From: Podarcis vaucheri
Taxonomy: Eukaryota
Strand: one strand, 5' to 3'
DNA length: 64,000 nt
NCBI GenBank assembly: GCA_965113315.1
Contig: OZ220374.1
Each line of letters opens with the position of its first letter. The stretch's first letter is position 1. A program made the translations under genes and the position numbers. Shown in pieces: positions 63,360-64,000 of the stretch. The notes under the pieces are model-generated. The model made no database searches. It was given only the letters and a program-made list of their open reading frames with translations, and was not told the DNA's origin.

Positions 63360-63722
63360 GGACGTGGGTGGCGCTGTGGGTAAAACCTCAGAGCCTAGGA
63401 CTTGCTGATCGCATGGTTGGTGGTTCGAATCCCCGCGGCGGGGTGCACTCCTGTCGTTCGGTCCCAGCACCTGCCAACCTAGAAGTTCAAAAGCACCCTC
63501 TGGTGCAAGTAGATAAATAGGGACTGCTTACCAGCGGGAAGGTAAACGGCGTTTCCGTGTGCTGCGCTGGCTCGCCAGATGCAGCTTTGTCACGCTGGCC
63601 ACGTGACCTGGAAGTGTCTGCGGACAGCACTGGCTCCCGGCCTATAGAGTGAGATGAGCGCACAACCCTAGAGTCTGTCAAGACTGGCCCTTACGGGCAG
63701 GGGTACCTTTACCTTTACCTTT
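63360..63722 (+). mobile_element. Full-length Sauria SINE
   Basis: GGACGTGGGTGGCGCTGTGG head, B box GGTTCGAATCCC, (ACCTTT)n tail, 15-bp TSD tagaatattaatcag (63345-63359 and 63723-63737). Confidence 0.93.
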
Positions 63723-64000
63723 TAGAATATTAATCAGCCAAAGACCTGGTTGAAAAGGAAAGTTTTCACCTGGCACCTAAAATATATATAATGAAGGTGC
63801 CAGGTGAACCTATCTGGGCAGACCATTTCACAAATGATATAGATGTATCTGCGCACACATTACATTAAACAGTTTCACATGCAAGCCCTGATCAGCAACA
63901 TGGGTGTGACTCCTGCCGCTGTCCTGATGACCACCGAGAAGTCTCTCTTCCTGGTTCCCTGTAACCTCACTTCTTGCAGTGAGGAAACCTCCATTTACAG

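Noticed and set aside
63920-63950. Hammerhead ribozyme core (CTGATGA)
   Set aside because: No matching GAAAC or closing stems; lies within an L2 fragment. The CTGATGA hits at 1021, 23120, 39063 and 43934 were rejected for the same lack of structure.

Overview
Vertebrate genomic DNA, most likely a squamate (lacertid-like) lizard, judged from Sauria SINEs, BovB, CR1/L2/L1 LINE fragments and hAT/Tc-mariner MITEs. It is not prokaryotic. Two convergent genes are present, in the same order I recall from the human GSDME-PALS2(MPP6)-NPY block. (1) The last five coding exons of gasdermin E (GSDME/DFNA5) lie on + at 2622-7602, including the caspase-cleavable linker (DAVD/S). (2) The complete PALS2/MPP6 MAGUK gene lies on -: 11 coding exons at 30725-15077 summing to 1623 nt (540 aa), an inferred ~6.5 kb 3'UTR ending near the GSDME 3' end, and a CpG-island promoter at ~46.5-48.5 kb. 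From 48.5 to 64 kb is repeat-rich intergenic DNA. I found no convincing wholly new gene system. The best leads are: a 1.6 kb Tc2-like element filled with tandem hairpin units that occupies ~80% of a PALS2 intron; a GSDME exon-8-skip frame that stays open into the last exon; an in-frame alternative first exon and a 21-nt microexon candidate for PALS2; and a minimal inverted Penelope-like remnant inside a (TA)n tract. Gene and repeat names come from recognition, not database searches.
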